Shown piece by piece: positions 61,731-64,000 of a stretch of DNA of 64,000 nucleotides. How positions within the stretch are numbered: the stretch's first letter is position 1; the number at the start of each line of letters is the position of its first letter. This DNA is from an uncultured cyanobacterium (GTDB taxonomy: Bacteria; Cyanobacteriota; Cyanobacteriia; Cyanobacteriales; Nostocaceae). The notes beneath the pieces were generated by a model. It was not told where the DNA came from. It did not search any database and saw only the letters and a list, made by a program, of their open reading frames with translations. The DNA is taken from assembly GCA_963740315.1 (NCBI GenBank), contig CAVUDP010000001.1, positions 384,001 to 448,000 of the forward strand, in the 5' to 3' direction. The translations under genes were made by a program, and so were the position numbers.

Positions 61731-62945
61731 ATGAGCCATCCGGAAATGATGGTATCGAGTGAATTACTCGATGAATTTAGAACTTGCACTCAAATACAAT
61801 ATAGTGGCAAATTAAATATTAAAAGTTCCAAAGGGCATAAGTGGATTTTCTACTATCGATTGGGACGTATAGTTTGGGCAACTGGGGGTACTCATCCCTT
61901 CCGACGTTGGCGCAGACACATGACTCAACATTGCCCTGATATTGATATTGACGAAATGCAGTTTAATTCTAGAGAATTATCAATCTCAAAAGATTACTGG
62001 GATTATAAACTGCTGGAAGTCTTGCATGAAAAACAGAAAATTAAACGCGAGCATATTAACTCTGTTGTAGAAAGGACTATCGCAGAACTAATGTTTGATT
62101 TAGCTCAACAGGCGCATTTCAATCAAATTCAGTCCGATCGCAGTGCTGATGTGGTATTGGAAGCGCCTATGAGCTTTACAAGTGCAGATATGTCTTTGAA
62201 GTTCATGCAAGACACGTGGAAGAATTGGTCAGAAGCGGGATTAGCGAATTTTTCTCCCGATTTGGCACCAATTTTACGCAGACCAGAACAGTTACAGCAG
62301 ATGGTCAGTCCGGCTGTCTACAAAAACTTTGTGAATTTGATGAACGGTAAATATACTCTGCGAGATTTAGCCGTCAAAATGAAGCAAAGTCCGTTACCTA
62401 TAGCTCGTTCTTTATTGCCTTACGTACTCAAGGGGATTATCGAACTGATCAAAGTTCCGGATTTGCCTTTCAAGATAGGTGATGGTCAAAATATATCGAG
62501 TATAGAACCAGAGCCAGAAGCACCTCATGGTCCTTTAATCGCTTGTGTTGATGATAGCCCGCAAGTCTGTCAGATGCTCGAACAAATTCTTGTTCCTCAA
62601 GGATTTAGGTTTATTAAAATTCAAGATCCCGTACAGGCTTTACCAATTTTGATTGAGAATAAACCAGATTTAATTTTTTTAGATTTGGTGATGCCAGTTG
62701 CTAGTGGTTACGAAATTTGCGCTCAATTACGCCGAATTTCAGTTTTCGCCAATACACCAGTGATTATACTTACGGGAAGTGATGGTTTATTTGATAGAGT
62801 TCGTGCCAAGGTAGTGGGTTCTACGGATTTTATTACCAAGCCTGTGGTTGCCGATAAAGTAATAGGAGTAATACGCAAGTATATCCAAACTCCATCACCT
62901 GCTAAAGGTGGCTCAAATCCACAAATGTCATTCGGACATTCTTAA
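61731..62945 (+). CDS. PatA-family response regulator (PATAN + REC)
   Basis: YSGKL.I....G..W.FYYRLGRIVWA.GG.HP.RRW; CVDDS, FLDLVMP, TKP. Confidence 0.9.
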   Translation: MSHPEMMVSSELLDEFRTCTQIQYSGKLNIKSSKGHKWIFYYRLGRIVWATGGTHPFRRWRRHMTQHCPDIDIDEMQFNSRELSISKDYWDYKLLEVLHEKQKIKREHINSVVERTIAELMFDLAQQAHFNQIQSDRSADVVLEAPMSFTSADMSLKFMQDTWKNWSEAGLANFSPDLAPILRRPEQLQQMVSPAVYKNFVNLMNGKYTLRDLAVKMKQSPLPIARSLLPYVLKGIIELIKVPDLPFKIGDGQNISSIEPEPEAPHGPLIACVDDSPQVCQMLEQILVPQGFRFIKIQDPVQALPILIENKPDLIFLDLVMPVASGYEICAQLRRISVFANTPVIILTGSDGLFDRVRAKVVGSTDFITKPVVADKVIGVIRKYIQTPSPAKGGSNPQMSFGHS

Positions 62946-63136
62946 TTACTTTTATAAGCAATATAAGTGTGGCGGGTCTGCAACATTCGAGCTTAGACAA
63001 AGCCCAAGTGTTTTTACTGAAGCTTAATTTACAACGGATGCATGACAATTAGACAAAGTTCAAGCTTAAAAATGTCTAATTTGATTGCTCAATTTCCGTT
63101 TTTTTCATTGTTAAATAAATTTGATAGGTAATTGCT

Positions 63137-63499
63137 ATGAATACTATTTTGGTCGTTGAAGACGGTTTAACTGATATGCAAATGATTAGCCGTTATTTAG
63201 AGCAAGCAGGCTATAGTGTAATGGGAGCGAAAAGTAGTGAAGAAGCTCAAGAAAAAATTACTCAGAATAAGCCAGATGTCATATTTCTTGACGTAATATT
63301 GCCTGGAAAAAGCGGTTTTGAAATTTGTCGAGAATTAAAAGATAATCCCAATACGAGTACCATACCAGTAGTTTTCTGCTCTACAAAAAATACTGATGTA
63401 GATAAAATGTGGGGTGATATGTTAGGTGCGGATGCTTTTCTTTCTAAGCCTGTAAAAAAGGAAGAACTCGAAGGAGTATTGCAAAAATTGAAAAAATAG
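63137..63499 (+). CDS. CheY-like single-domain response regulator
   Basis: LVVEDG, FLDVILPGKSGFEICR, CSTK, SKP. Confidence 0.9.
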   Translation: MNTILVVEDGLTDMQMISRYLEQAGYSVMGAKSSEEAQEKITQNKPDVIFLDVILPGKSGFEICRELKDNPNTSTIPVVFCSTKNTDVDKMWGDMLGADAFLSKPVKKEELEGVLQKLKK

Positions 63500-63559
63500 C
63501 TATTAGCATCGAATTCATACATTATAAATGTTAATAATTACTTATAAGGAATAATAACC

Positions 63560-64000
63560 TTGGATACGACGGAAGAAAAGTTTTTAAGTTTTAACTTAGG
63601 TGTAAAAGATACAGCAATCATTTCCTTGCAAAACGTTACAGAAATTTTACCTGTATCTTTAAATGAAGTCTGCTGCGTTCCTCAGATGCCGCCCTGTGTA
63701 TTTGGTATTTATAATTGGCGCGGTGAAATGCTTTGGTTAATTGATTTAGAAGAAATGTTAGGCTACTTACCTTACTCATATGGTAGTAGTTTTGTTTCAA
63801 AAATGATGGCAATTATATTGCAGAAAGAAGGTAAATCTTTGGGATTGTTGGTGCGACAGATTATGGATATTGAAGAATTTAATTTAAATCAAATGAAGCC
63901 ACCATCACCAGAATTGGTTTCTCAAGAAATTGCTCCTTTATTACAAGGATATTTTATTAATTCTTCAGAAGAAATGATTGTTAGTTTAGATGCTTCTGCA
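63560..64000 (+). CDS. CheW-like protein, 3'-truncated by the window edge (absent from the ORF track)
   Basis: Manual translation from TTG 63560: MDTTEEKFLSFNLG...VPQMPPCVFGIYNWRGEMLWLIDL; AAGGA RBS. Confidence 0.88.
   Translation, partial: MDTTEEKFLSFNLGVKDTAIISLQNVTEILPVSLNEVCCVPQMPPCVFGIYNWRGEMLWLIDLEEMLGYLPYSYGSSFVSKMMAIILQKEGKSLGLLVRQIMDIEEFNLNQMKPPSPELVSQEIAPLLQGYFINSSEEMIVSLDASA

Overview
Chromosomal window from a filamentous, probably heterocyst-forming cyanobacterium (inferred from frequent GCGATCGC HIP1 sites, heptameric STRR tracts, psbZ/psb35/bciB and low GC). Housekeeping genes include PBP1A, rsmB, a neutral invertase, psbZ, ribH, tRNA-Gly(GCC), a proA paralog, a complete desC-desA-desB-desD desaturase cluster, bciB, miaB, tamB and murQ. 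Two candidate uncharacterised systems stand out. (1) At 21.6-24.5 kb, a 67-aa glycine-zipper protein, an HNH nuclease, a tandem PspA/Vipp1 (ESCRT-III-like) protein and a PspA/Vipp1 protein carrying two copies of the same glycine-zipper module sit next to Uma2 pseudogenes and toxin-antitoxin genes. (2) At 57.6-64 kb, a V4R / roadblock (MglB-like) / small GTPase (MglA-like) / DUF4388 cassette lies directly upstream of a PatA-CheY-CheW chemosensory locus. Also present are a PD-(D/E)XK + NYN-like fusion gene, two candidate sRNAs, several REP/MITE-like repeat families, and a 28.7-36 kb stretch rich in frameshifts (decay or assembly error). All family calls come from motif recognition by eye; no database searches were run.
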